Shown here piece by piece: positions 49,230-58,282 of a DNA stretch of 64,000 nucleotides. The notes beneath the pieces are model-generated. The model worked only from the letters and a program-made list of their open reading frames with translations, ran no database searches and was not told the DNA's origin. Location of the stretch: NCBI GenBank assembly GCA_963762285.1, contig CAVXKE010000017.1:97249-161248 (forward strand), given 5' to 3'. Position 1 is the first letter of the stretch. Each line of letters opens with the position of its first letter. This DNA is from an uncultured Alphaproteobacteria bacterium (GTDB lineage: Bacteria; Pseudomonadota; Alphaproteobacteria; Rhizobiales; Xanthobacteraceae). The position numbers and the translations under genes are program-made.

Positions 49230-49555
49230 CGGCGTTCCTGTTCCTGGCGCAACGGGCGACCGCTTTCGTGCTGGCGCTGGCGGTGGCCGTTCACCTCGGC
49301 ACCATTCTTTATGCGTCGCGCGGCGGGCTCACCGCGGCTGAAATTCTTTCGCGCACCCACGGCAATTTCTGGTTCCTGTCGTTCTATGCGGCCTTCGTGA
49401 TTGCGGTCGCGATCCACGCGCCGATCGGGCTGCGCAATGTCCTGCGCGAATGGACTCCATGGCGCGGCCGTTCGCTCGACGTCGCGCTTGCCTTGTTTGC
49501 CGTGCTGCTGCTGGTGCTTGGTTTTCGCGCCGTGTTCGCGGTGTTCAGCGCATGA
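49226..49555 (+). CDS. SDH/FRD-like membrane anchor 1
   Basis: Three TMs; QRATA..L..VH and IHAPIGLR. Confidence 0.78.
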   Translation: MTAFLFLAQRATAFVLALAVAVHLGTILYASRGGLTAAEILSRTHGNFWFLSFYAAFVIAVAIHAPIGLRNVLREWTPWRGRSLDVALALFAVLLLVLGFRAVFAVFSA

Positions 49556-49620
49556 TCCCGAAAAGCATGTCCTCGACCCCGATCGGGGATGGAAACCGGT
49601 TTTCGGAAAAGATCATGCGC
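49548..49620. repeat. REP-like element, family D (GCGCATGATCCCGAAAA...TTTTCGGAAAAGATCATGCGC)
   Basis: Terminal inverted repeat with internal CCCCGATCGGGG hairpin. Confidence 0.8.
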
Positions 49621-49638
49621 AAAAGGAAAATCGCATGA
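49552..49638 (+). CDS. 28-aa mini-ORF spanning the family-D element (candidate translational-coupling bridge)
   Basis: MIPKSMSSTPIGDGNRFSEKIMRKRKIA*; ATGA overlaps at both ends. Confidence 0.45.
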   Translation: MIPKSMSSTPIGDGNRFSEKIMRKRKIA

Positions 49639-49976
49639 TGCGCGCCTCGCACAAGCAGCGCGGTTTCGTCGCGGCCATGCTGCACCGCCTGTCGGGCATC
49701 GCGCTGGCAATTTTTCTCCCCATCCACTTTCTCGCCTTGGCCAGCGCGCTCAACGGCGCCAAGGCACTCGACGCGTTTCTGGCGGTGACGCGCCAGCCGG
49801 TCGTCGCATTCGCCGAATTCGGCATCGTCATAGCGCTCGCCATTCACCTGACGCTGGGCCTGCGCGTGCTGGCGATCGAATTTTTCGATTTCCGCGAGAA
49901 AACGCTGGCCGCGCTGTCGGCCTGCGTCGCCGCCGTGCTGGCGGTCGGCCTTGTCTTCATCCTCAATCTGGGCTGA
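49635..49976 (+). CDS. SDH/FRD-like membrane anchor 2 (cytochrome b-type)
   Basis: LHRLSG..L..FLPIH and IHLTLGLR; three TMs. Confidence 0.8.
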   Translation: MMRASHKQRGFVAAMLHRLSGIALAIFLPIHFLALASALNGAKALDAFLAVTRQPVVAFAEFGIVIALAIHLTLGLRVLAIEFFDFREKTLAALSACVAAVLAVGLVFILNLG

Positions 49977-49980
49977 TGTG

Positions 49981-50716
49981 ATGATTGCCGGATACCCACT
50001 CGACACGCTTGCGTTTCTCTGGCTCGGCACGCTCGTCGGCGCCATTGCGGCCGGCGGCGCCGGTTTTGCCTTCGGACTGGCCGCATCGTCGATCTGGTTG
50101 CACCGCATCGATCCGCTGCATTCGGCTCTGCTTATCAATTGCTGCGGCACGCTGCTGCACCTGACCACGATCTGGCCGCAACGCAGTCACGTGGAGATAG
50201 GCAGGGTGTGGCCGTTTGTGGTCGGCGGGCTTATCGGCATTCCCATCGGCGTAAGGGTGCTGCTGATCCTCGACGCCGGCATCCTCAAAGTGGTGCTTGG
50301 CATATTCCTGTTGGCCTTTGGAACTTACGCGCTGCTGTCGCCACGCCTGCACACCATCAAGGCCGGCGGACGCGTCGCGGATGCAGGCATCGGCTTCATC
50401 GGCGGCGTTCTCGGCGGCATTGGCGGCTATTCGGGGGTTTTGCCGACGATCTGGACGCAATTGCGCGGCTGGTCGAAACAGAAGGCGCGTGCGGTATACC
50501 AGCCCTACATCATTGTCATTCAGTCGGTGGCGGTGGCGGGTATCGTGCTGGCGACGTATGATTGGAGCGGCCTGGTGCTGGTTCTTCTGGTGCTGCCGCC
50601 GTTGGCGGTCGGAACCTGGATCGGCTGGCAGCTATACGGCCGGATGAACGACCTGCGTTTTCGACAGGCGTTGGCCATGTCTGCTGATCGCATCAGGCGC
50701 GACTCTGGTATTTTAG
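49981..50716 (+). CDS. TauE/SafE family (sulfite/organosulfonate) exporter; +1 frameshift ~50679
   Basis: GGAGFAFGL, GFIGGVLGG; true end LLIASGATLVF* in the next frame. Confidence 0.82.
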
Positions 50717-50726
50717 GACAAACACC

Positions 50727-51599
50727 ATGCAGCTCGATCTCAAGGAAGTCGAAGAGCTCAGCAAGACGCTCTATATCCGCGCACTCAAGCTGCTGCCGAC
50801 CGATATCAAGCAGGGCTTCGAGCGGCTGCTGCGTGAGGAAACCGACGCCACCGGCAAGACCATCCTCGGCACCATGGTGGAGAACATCGCGGTGGCCGAG
50901 CGCACCAAGAACCTGCTCTGCCAGGACACCGGCATTCCGATCTACAACGTCACCATCGGCCGCCACGTCGAGTTCGACGGCGCGGCGATGAAGGAAGCGA
51001 TCCGCCGCGGCTGCGAGCGCGCCACCAAGGAGCATCCGTTGCGCTCCTCCGTGGTGCACCCGATCACGCGCAAGAACGAGCAGACGTCGTGTGGGCCGGG
51101 CGTGCCGATCATCCATGTCGATTTCGACACGCGCGAGGAGACGGTCGAGATCGAAATGATCCCGAAGGGCTCCGGTTCCGAGAACGGCTCGTTCCTGCAA
51201 ATGTTGATTCCCGCCGACGGCGTTGCCGCGGTCAAGCGCTTCGTGATCGACAAGGTGATCGAATGCGGCGGCCGCGTCTGCCCGCCGACCATCGTCGGGG
51301 TCGGCATCGGCGGCACGTCCGATCTGTGCATGCATCTCGCCAAGCTTGCCGCCACGCGGCCGCTCGGCACCGCGTGCGCCGATGCGGAAGGCGCCAAGAT
51401 CGAGGCGCAATTGAGCGAGGCGGTCAACGAACTGGGCATCGGCCCGCAGGGCTTAGGGGGACGCGCCACCGCATTCCGCGTGCATGTGGAAGTCGCCGCC
51501 ACGCATATCACCATGAATCCGGTGGCGGTGAATATTCAGTGTCACTCCGCCCGCAGAGCGTCCGCCGTGATCACGCCCGGCGGCATTGCGTTTGAGTGA
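50727..51599 (+). CDS. Fe-S hydro-lyase alpha subunit (class I fumarase/L-tartrate dehydratase TtdA-like)
   Basis: CQDTG, PKGSGSEN, CPP..VGVGIGG, GIGPQGLGG, IQCHSAR. Confidence 0.9.
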   Translation: MQLDLKEVEELSKTLYIRALKLLPTDIKQGFERLLREETDATGKTILGTMVENIAVAERTKNLLCQDTGIPIYNVTIGRHVEFDGAAMKEAIRRGCERATKEHPLRSSVVHPITRKNEQTSCGPGVPIIHVDFDTREETVEIEMIPKGSGSENGSFLQMLIPADGVAAVKRFVIDKVIECGGRVCPPTIVGVGIGGTSDLCMHLAKLAATRPLGTACADAEGAKIEAQLSEAVNELGIGPQGLGGRATAFRVHVEVAATHITMNPVAVNIQCHSARRASAVITPGGIAFE

Positions 51600-52218
51600 G
51601 CGCGCGTATGACCCACCACGTGCTCGACATGCCGATCAACGACGCGCAGGTGCGCGCGCTCAAAGTGGGCGATACCGTAACGCTTGAGAAAACGCTGTTT
51701 GGTATCCGCGACGCCACACTGATCGCCATGTTCGATCGCGGGCGCACGACCCGTTTCAATCTCAAGGGCCATGCGGTCATCCATACCGCGCCCAATGTGC
51801 GAAAAGTCGATCCGCGCCCGGAGAATTCCTCCGGCTATGAGCCGCTCTGCATCGGCACCACGACGTCCATGCGCATGGAGCGCTTCACGCGGCCGCTGAT
51901 GCAGCGCGACGGCGTGCGCCTGATCGTCGGCAAGGGCGGCATGGGGCCGGCGACGCTCGAGGCCTTCAAGGAATTCGGCGGGGCTTACTTGGCGGTGGTC
52001 GGCGGCGCCGCCGCGCTGGAGACCACCTGGATCGAAGCGATCGAAGAAGTCGACATGGACGACCTGCATCCTGAGAGTCCTTGTGGAAATTCCGCATCAA
52101 GGGCTTCGGACCGCTGCTGGTGACCATGGATTCGCACGGGGCTTCGCTGCATGCGCAGGTCAATGCCGAGGCGGCCGCGCGGCGCGCGGCGGTGCTCGCC
52201 AGCATCGGCAGCGCGTGA
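51596..52218 (+). CDS. Fe-S hydro-lyase beta subunit (TtdB-like); frameshift ~52075
   Basis: LKVGD, RDA, GTTTSMRM, VGKGGM; C-terminus LWKFRIKGFGPLLVTMDSHG in another frame. Confidence 0.88.
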
Positions 52219-52239
52219 TGGCAGATCATAGCCACGAAG

Positions 52240-52357
52240 TCCACCTCCCCCTGGAGGGGGGAGGTCGGCGAGCGAAGCTCGCCGGGAGGGGGTGACAGCA
52301 TCACCCCACCCCGGATCGCTAACGCGATCCGACCCTCCCCCTCCAGGGGAGGGTGGA
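52240..52357. repeat. REP-like element, family C
   Basis: TCCACCTCCCCCTGGAGGGGG...CCCCCTCCAGGGGAGGGTGGA. Confidence 0.85.
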
Positions 52358-52373
52358 AGCAGGCGGAGTTCCG

Positions 52374-54092
52374 ATGACGCGCATCCAAACAATCACCACC
52401 GACATCCTCATCCTCGGCGCCGGGGGCGCCGGACTGTTCGCGGCCCTGCACGCCAAAAAAGCCAATCCCGAACTCGACGTCACCATCGCGGTCAAGGGCC
52501 TGCTCGGCAAATGCGGCTGCACCCGCATGGTGCAGGGCGGCTACAACGTCGCGCTCTCGCCCGACAACTCGGTCGAGCGCCATTTCATGGACACCATCGA
52601 AGGCGGCGGCTGGCTCAACGACCAGGAGCTCGCCTGGCTGCTGGTGGAGACCGCGCCCAAACGCATCCGCGAGCTGGAGACCGAGCTCGGCTGCTTCTTC
52701 GACCGCAATCCAGACGGTACCGTGCACCAGAAGGCCTTCGCCGGGCAGACCTTCGACCGCACGGTGCACAAGGGCGATTTGACCGGCATCGAGATCATCA
52801 ATCGGCTGGCCGAACAGGTGTGGCGGCATGACGTGCGCCGCATCGAGGACCATCGCGCGCTCGATCTCATCCCGAGCGCCGACGGCAGCGAGCTCGCCGG
52901 CGTGCTGATGCTCGATATGCGCAGCGGCGAGCCGCTGCTGGTGCGCGCGCGCGCCACGCTGCTGGCCACCGGCGGCGGGCCGACCATGTACCGCTATCAC
53001 ACGCCGTCCGGCGACAAGTCCTGCGACGGCCTCGCCATGGCGCTGCGCGCCGGGCTGCCGTTGCGCGACATCGAGATGGTGCAGTTCCATCCGACCGGCC
53101 TGCTCGCCGGCGAAGGCACCCGCATGACCGGCACCGTGCTGGAGGAAGGCCTGCGCGGCTCCGGCGGCTATCTCACCGATGCGAACGGCGAGCGCTTCAT
53201 GTTCGGCTATGACGCGCGCGGCGAGCGGGCAACTCGCGACATCGTCAGCCGCTCGATCATGGACCGCATCCGCAAAGGCTTCGCCAGCCCGCATGGCGGC
53301 GTCTATATCGAGATGGGTCATCTCGGCCCCGAGCGGGTGCGGCGCGAGTTCAAGGGCATGGTCGAGCGCTGCGCCGATTGCGGCTTCGATCTCGCCGCCG
53401 GCCGCGTCGAGGTGATCCCGACCGCGCATTACATGATGGGCGGCGTAGTGTTTTCGCCCGACTGCACGACGCCGCTGCCGCGGCTCTATGCGGCCGGCGA
53501 GGACACCGGCGGCGTGCACGGCGCCAACCGGCTGGGCGGCAACGGCGTCGCCAACTCCACGGTATTCGGCGGCGTCGCCGGCGACGTGATGGGCGCGCGC
53601 ACGAAGCGCACCGGCGCGCTGCCCGAGCCCGACCGCGCCGCCATCGAGGCGGCTTACGCGCGCGCCTTTGGCCCACTCGGCCGCAAGCCGGGCGACCTGC
53701 CGGCGATGCGCGAGCGGCTCTACAATGTGATGTGGGACGACGTCGGCATCCTGCGCACCGCCGAAAGTCTGGCGCGCGGTCAGGCGGCGCTCGACCAGCT
53801 CACGCGCGACATCGCCGACTGCGGCGTCGCCGATGCGAGCCGCCGCTACAATCTGACCTGGATGGACCGGCTCAATCTGGAAAATCTCACGCTGGTCAGC
53901 CGCGCCATCGCCGCCGCCGCCGATTTCCGCCGCGACAGCCGCGGCGCGCATTTCCGCGAGGACTTCCCGCAAGTCTCCGAGCTCGCCAGTTCGCGCTACA
54001 CCAGCGTCCGCCTCGCCGGCAACCGGCCGGACGTCAGCAGCGAACCCGTGACGTTCACGCGGGTCCGGCCGGGGCAATCCTTGCTTCGGTAG
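52374..54092 (+). CDS. SdhA/FrdA/NadB-family flavoprotein subunit
   Basis: GAGGAG, LATGG, QFHPTG, RDIVSR, PTAHYMMGG, HGANRLGGN, SRGAHFRED. Confidence 0.9.
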   Translation: MTRIQTITTDILILGAGGAGLFAALHAKKANPELDVTIAVKGLLGKCGCTRMVQGGYNVALSPDNSVERHFMDTIEGGGWLNDQELAWLLVETAPKRIRELETELGCFFDRNPDGTVHQKAFAGQTFDRTVHKGDLTGIEIINRLAEQVWRHDVRRIEDHRALDLIPSADGSELAGVLMLDMRSGEPLLVRARATLLATGGGPTMYRYHTPSGDKSCDGLAMALRAGLPLRDIEMVQFHPTGLLAGEGTRMTGTVLEEGLRGSGGYLTDANGERFMFGYDARGERATRDIVSRSIMDRIRKGFASPHGGVYIEMGHLGPERVRREFKGMVERCADCGFDLAAGRVEVIPTAHYMMGGVVFSPDCTTPLPRLYAAGEDTGGVHGANRLGGNGVANSTVFGGVAGDVMGARTKRTGALPEPDRAAIEAAYARAFGPLGRKPGDLPAMRERLYNVMWDDVGILRTAESLARGQAALDQLTRDIADCGVADASRRYNLTWMDRLNLENLTLVSRAIAAAADFRRDSRGAHFREDFPQVSELASSRYTSVRLAGNRPDVSSEPVTFTRVRPGQSLLR

Positions 54093-54154
54093 GGGCCGGC
54101 GACCGCCGCGCCTTAGCGAGAGCGGCGGACCTTGCCGGTCTGTCGCTCTTGCAC

Positions 54155-55915
54155 CTATTTCGCCGGAATGATCGGCAGCAGCAAATAGGATTGCTGCGAT
54201 TGTCCGGCATGAAGCGACACTCTCCCGCCGAAAACATCCACCGGCCGGTCATCGGGGTCGTTGTGGGTCATGCCACCGGTGCCGCGGGTCGCGTAGTGGA
54301 ACTTCTTGGCGAAGTCCGACAATTCGCCGGTATACTCATAGTCCTTGCCGCGCACGCTGAGCGCTAGCCGCCAGCCCTTGGGCACCACGATGCAGCTCGA
54401 CACGATCTCGACGTCGGCTTCGTAGACTTCGCCCGGCGTCAGCGGTTCCACCTTGTCGTGCGGATGATAGGGCCGGTACGGGGTGCTCTTTTTCGGATCA
54501 AGCGCCCGGTGCGAGACCCTGAGCCAGCCGTTGGCAATCGGCGTGTTCGGATCGGTGGAACCCATGAAGGTGAGTTCCTTGCCCTGCGGGTCGAACACGC
54601 GGACGATGAGGAACAGGTCGGCATCCTTGGTTGTCGAAGACACGAACAGTTTGGCCGCCATCGGTCCGGTGATCTCGGTATCGTGCTCCAGCGGCGGCAT
54701 CCAGAACGTCACACCGTCGCCAAGCGCTTCGTATTCGATCTTGGCAGGCGACGCGACTGGCGTGCGACTGAGCGTCTTGTTCGCCGGATCGAGGTAGAAC
54801 TTGGTCCATTGCGTGCGTGCAAGCGGCCACTCGTTCTCGTAGCGCAGGACGAACTTTTCCCCCGGGTGGCGGATATTGAGAGTGACCGGCGGTGTCTTCT
54901 CCCAACCGTTGTCGACGCCTTTGAGAAAGCGGTCGAAGAAACGTTTCTGCAGCGCCAGGCCGTAGCCGGCCGAGAACAGCGACCAGTGCGAATCGCCGTG
55001 GACTTCGAGCCACTTCTGCTTCGAGCCGCCTTCGAGATAGCCGTTGAAATTTCCGCGCGGGTGGATGCCCTGGCCGCCCCAATTGGCGCAGGACAGAAAC
55101 GGCACCTCGACCTTGGACAGGTCGGGCCTCACCGAATGATGCCATTCGTCGTCAAGCGGATGCTGCTTGAGGGTGCTGAACGGATTGACCCGATTGCGGG
55201 CAAGCTCTTCGTCGGAGAGCGTGACGGGACCGGCCACGGACTCGCCGGTGTTGGGATTCTTCTTGGCGTGCTCGCCCCTGCCGTACTGGACGTTGACGAC
55301 TTGGTGCTTTGCCCAGGCCTCCTGGAACTGACTGAGAATGCCGCCGTGGTAGCCGGAATCGCGGTAGCGATCGTTCTGGCCCTCCCACGGGATGATGGCC
55401 GCCAGGTGCGGCGGGTGCAGGGCGGCAACGCGCCACTGGTTGCTGGCGTAGTAGGAAATGCCGAGCATGCCGACCTTGCCGTTGCTCCACGGCTGCGTGC
55501 CGGCCCATTCGATGCACTCGAAGAGGTCCAGAATCTCGCGCGGCGAATTGCAGTTCATCACGCCGGGCGACCAGCCGGCGCCGCGTGAATCGACGCGGAT
55601 AACCACATAGCCGTGCGGTATCCAACGCTCGGGATCGGTAACCTCCCAGTTCTGGTACTTGTTGGTCGAACCCTCCAGTATCTCCGGATGATCTGCGACC
55701 ATCTTTTTCCACTGTTGCGGATAGCCTTCCTGGTAGGACAGCCCCTTGGCATAGACACCATAGGTAAGGATGACCGGGTAGCGGCCGGCCGCGATCGGCT
55801 GGAAGACGTCGGCGCGCAGCACAAGACCGTCGCCCGCCTCGATGCCCTGGTGCCATGTGATTTTCATGCCGTCCCGTATCTCGGTACGGGATTCGACATT
55901 AGGATACTGAGCCAT
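54155..55915 (-). CDS. CocE/NonD family serine hydrolase (copy 1)
   Basis: LRADVF, DSRG.G.S, QPWSNGKVGMLGISY, PepX_C-like C-terminal domain. Confidence 0.9.
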   Translation of the reverse strand: MAQYPNVESRTEIRDGMKITWHQGIEAGDGLVLRADVFQPIAAGRYPVILTYGVYAKGLSYQEGYPQQWKKMVADHPEILEGSTNKYQNWEVTDPERWIPHGYVVIRVDSRGAGWSPGVMNCNSPREILDLFECIEWAGTQPWSNGKVGMLGISYYASNQWRVAALHPPHLAAIIPWEGQNDRYRDSGYHGGILSQFQEAWAKHQVVNVQYGRGEHAKKNPNTGESVAGPVTLSDEELARNRVNPFSTLKQHPLDDEWHHSVRPDLSKVEVPFLSCANWGGQGIHPRGNFNGYLEGGSKQKWLEVHGDSHWSLFSAGYGLALQKRFFDRFLKGVDNGWEKTPPVTLNIRHPGEKFVLRYENEWPLARTQWTKFYLDPANKTLSRTPVASPAKIEYEALGDGVTFWMPPLEHDTEITGPMAAKLFVSSTTKDADLFLIVRVFDPQGKELTFMGSTDPNTPIANGWLRVSHRALDPKKSTPYRPYHPHDKVEPLTPGEVYEADVEIVSSCIVVPKGWRLALSVRGKDYEYTGELSDFAKKFHYATRGTGGMTHNDPDDRPVDVFGGRVSLHAGQSQQSYLLLPIIPAK

Positions 55916-56124
55916 TGCCTCTCCTCCTCGGCACCGCAAGGACGCGGCGACTTCCTTTTCGCGCAAGCTATCAGACGTGTGCGGACGGAGCTACGGCGGA
56001 GATCGGATGACGAGGTTGATCAGATGCCCAAAACTAACCCTGCTGCCGTGTCCAAAATTATTTCCTAGTATCGAGAACTGCTACCTGAACATCAAACCGT
56101 AAATCGCACCGAGCGGGGCATGTC

Positions 56125-57006
56125 ATGAAAATCGGATTGGTCGGGCTTGGCCGAATGGGCGCGACGATGGCCGAGCGTCTGCGGCGGAACGGCCTTGACG
56201 TGGTGGGCTGGGATCAGAATGCCGCGACCAACAAGACGCTGGCAGCCGGTGGGCTGGAGATCGCCGCCAATGCCCGCGATGTCGCGGGCAAATCCGAGAT
56301 CGTGATTTCCATCGTGACCGAGGATCACGGCGTGCGCCGAATCTTCTCAGGCCCGGACGGCTTCCTCAATGCCGACGTGGCGGGCAAGCTTTTCATCGAG
56401 ATGAGCACGTTGCAACCGATGACCGGCCGCGAGCTCGCAGCCACGGTCGAAGCCAAAGGCGCGCGTCTGATCGATTCGCCGGTGCTGGGCTCCGTCCCCC
56501 AGGTCAAGGATGGCAAGCTGTTCGCTCTCGTCGGCGGCCGCGCCGAAGACCTCGAACGCGCCCGTTCGGTGCTGGCACCTCTGACACGCCGCATCGCGCA
56601 TATGGGGCCCCATGGCAGCGGCTATGCGATGAAGCTCGCGGTCAATCTCGGGCTCGGCTCCTATATCCAGGCCTTGGCGGAGTCGCTCGCGCTCGGCGCC
56701 CAGCAGGGTCTCGCGCTCGACCAGATGCTCGACGTGCTGCAAGAGGCGCCCTATGCCAGCCGCTGGCTCACGGGCAAGCTCGATGTTCTGAAAGGCGCGA
56801 AGGCCGAGGTCACGCTCGATATCCGCACATTGCGCAAGGACATCATGTCGGCGGTCGCCACCGGCGCTATTTCCGGCGTGCCCATGCCGCTGTCGGCGGG
56901 CACCCTCGCCTCGCTGTCGGCCGCGGTCGCCAGCGGCGCCGGCGCCAGCGATCTCGCCGAGCTGCCGAAATTCCTGCGCCAGTCGATGCTGCAGAAGTTC
57001 GAGTAG
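56125..57006 (+). CDS. NAD(P)-dependent beta-hydroxyacid dehydrogenase (HIBADH family)
   Basis: GLGRMG, EMST, DSPVLG, MKLAVN. Confidence 0.9.
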   Translation: MKIGLVGLGRMGATMAERLRRNGLDVVGWDQNAATNKTLAAGGLEIAANARDVAGKSEIVISIVTEDHGVRRIFSGPDGFLNADVAGKLFIEMSTLQPMTGRELAATVEAKGARLIDSPVLGSVPQVKDGKLFALVGGRAEDLERARSVLAPLTRRIAHMGPHGSGYAMKLAVNLGLGSYIQALAESLALGAQQGLALDQMLDVLQEAPYASRWLTGKLDVLKGAKAEVTLDIRTLRKDIMSAVATGAISGVPMPLSAGTLASLSAAVASGAGASDLAELPKFLRQSMLQKFE

Positions 57007-57036
57007 CCGATAGCCGCCGGCGAGTTGGCGACCGCA

Positions 57037-58237
57037 TCATCCGAGCTCGGTGATTTCCTCCGGGCTTTGGTGAAAACGCTCGACCGGCCCGTTCTGCCCC
57101 GATGAGATAGTTGTCGCAAATCCACGTCCACATGCCGCGGTGCACGTAGGTCGGATGCACGACGATGTTGGTGTTGGCTTGAATCTCGAGCGGCTCGTCG
57201 ATGCGCACCAATGGCCGCTCCACCATGTCATAGCCTTGGCCGTGACAGTTCAGCCGGTTCTCGACCGGCCGCCCATTGCGCCGCATCATGTCGTTGAAGT
57301 CCGCCCAGATCTCCTTGCAGGGCGTGCCGGGCTTGAGGCGGTCAAGCACGAATTGGCGCGCTTCGAGCGTGAAGGCGAATTCGTCCTTCATCTCGTTGCT
57401 GGCGCGGCCGACGACGCAGGTGCGGCCGAGCTCGGTGAAGTAACCGCTGGGACCGTTGTTCTCCAACAGGAACTGAAACTGGTCGCCCGCCTGGATCACC
57501 CGGTTCTGGAAATGCCAGTCCTTGAAGCCGTAGGCGGTGCCGGCCGGCGCCGAGCCGCACTTGTAGACGCCCTGCTCGCTGCCGCGGCAGTGGCTGTAAT
57601 ATTGCGCCACCGCGGCCACCTCGCGGTCGTGCATGCCGGGCTTGATGGCCGCAAACGCCGCGCGCATGGCGTCGTCCTGCAAGCGCGCCGTCTCGCGAAT
57701 GCGCTCGATCTCTTCCGGGCTCTTCACCACCTTGATGCGATCGACCATGTCGGTCGCGTCGACGAAGCGGGCCGACGTGAGCGACTTGCGCAGATAATCG
57801 GCGAACGCCGCCGACATCGGGAATTTTCCGACCAGCCCGATCGTGCCCTTGGCGTAAGGCGCAAGGGCCTTCACCGCGAGCTCGGCGTCGTAATCGTTGG
57901 TGTAGGGAGCGGACGCGAAACTCGGCGTCATGAGAATACGCTTGACCCCGCGATGAAACGGATCGGTGCCGCTCGACAGGTCGAGTTCGCCGCCGAACGC
58001 GCCCATGCGGACCAGGGTCATGAGGTCGTCGGCCGGGAAAATGACGGTGAACGGATAGCCGCTGACGGCGGGCAGATCGGTGACGTATTTCACATAGCCG
58101 CCCATGTGGTCGTTGTTGTTCTGCATGACCAGGACGTCGATGCCCTGCGCCGCCATCGAGGCGCGCAACGCGCGCCAGCGCCGCTCGAGTTCCCCGGTCG
58201 ATATCGGGTGGCTGATCCGTTGGGTTGCCGCTGCCAT
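57037..58237 (-). CDS. M24-fold (creatinase/aminopeptidase P-like) hydrolase; +1 frameshift ~57098
   Basis: ELERRW, VKSPEEI, GYFTELGRT, HGQG; C-terminus in ORF 57037-57231. Confidence 0.83.
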
Positions 58238-58282
58238 TCTTGTGCTCCTTGCCCAATTTCCTTATTGCGCCGAACGCGGCGA

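Noticed and set aside
48510-54092. Housekeeping sdhCDAB or L-aspartate oxidase nadB
   Set aside because: Wrong gene order, interleaved with ABC, TauE and hydratase genes; no covalent-FAD His; has Fe-S and anchor partners and no nadA/nadC
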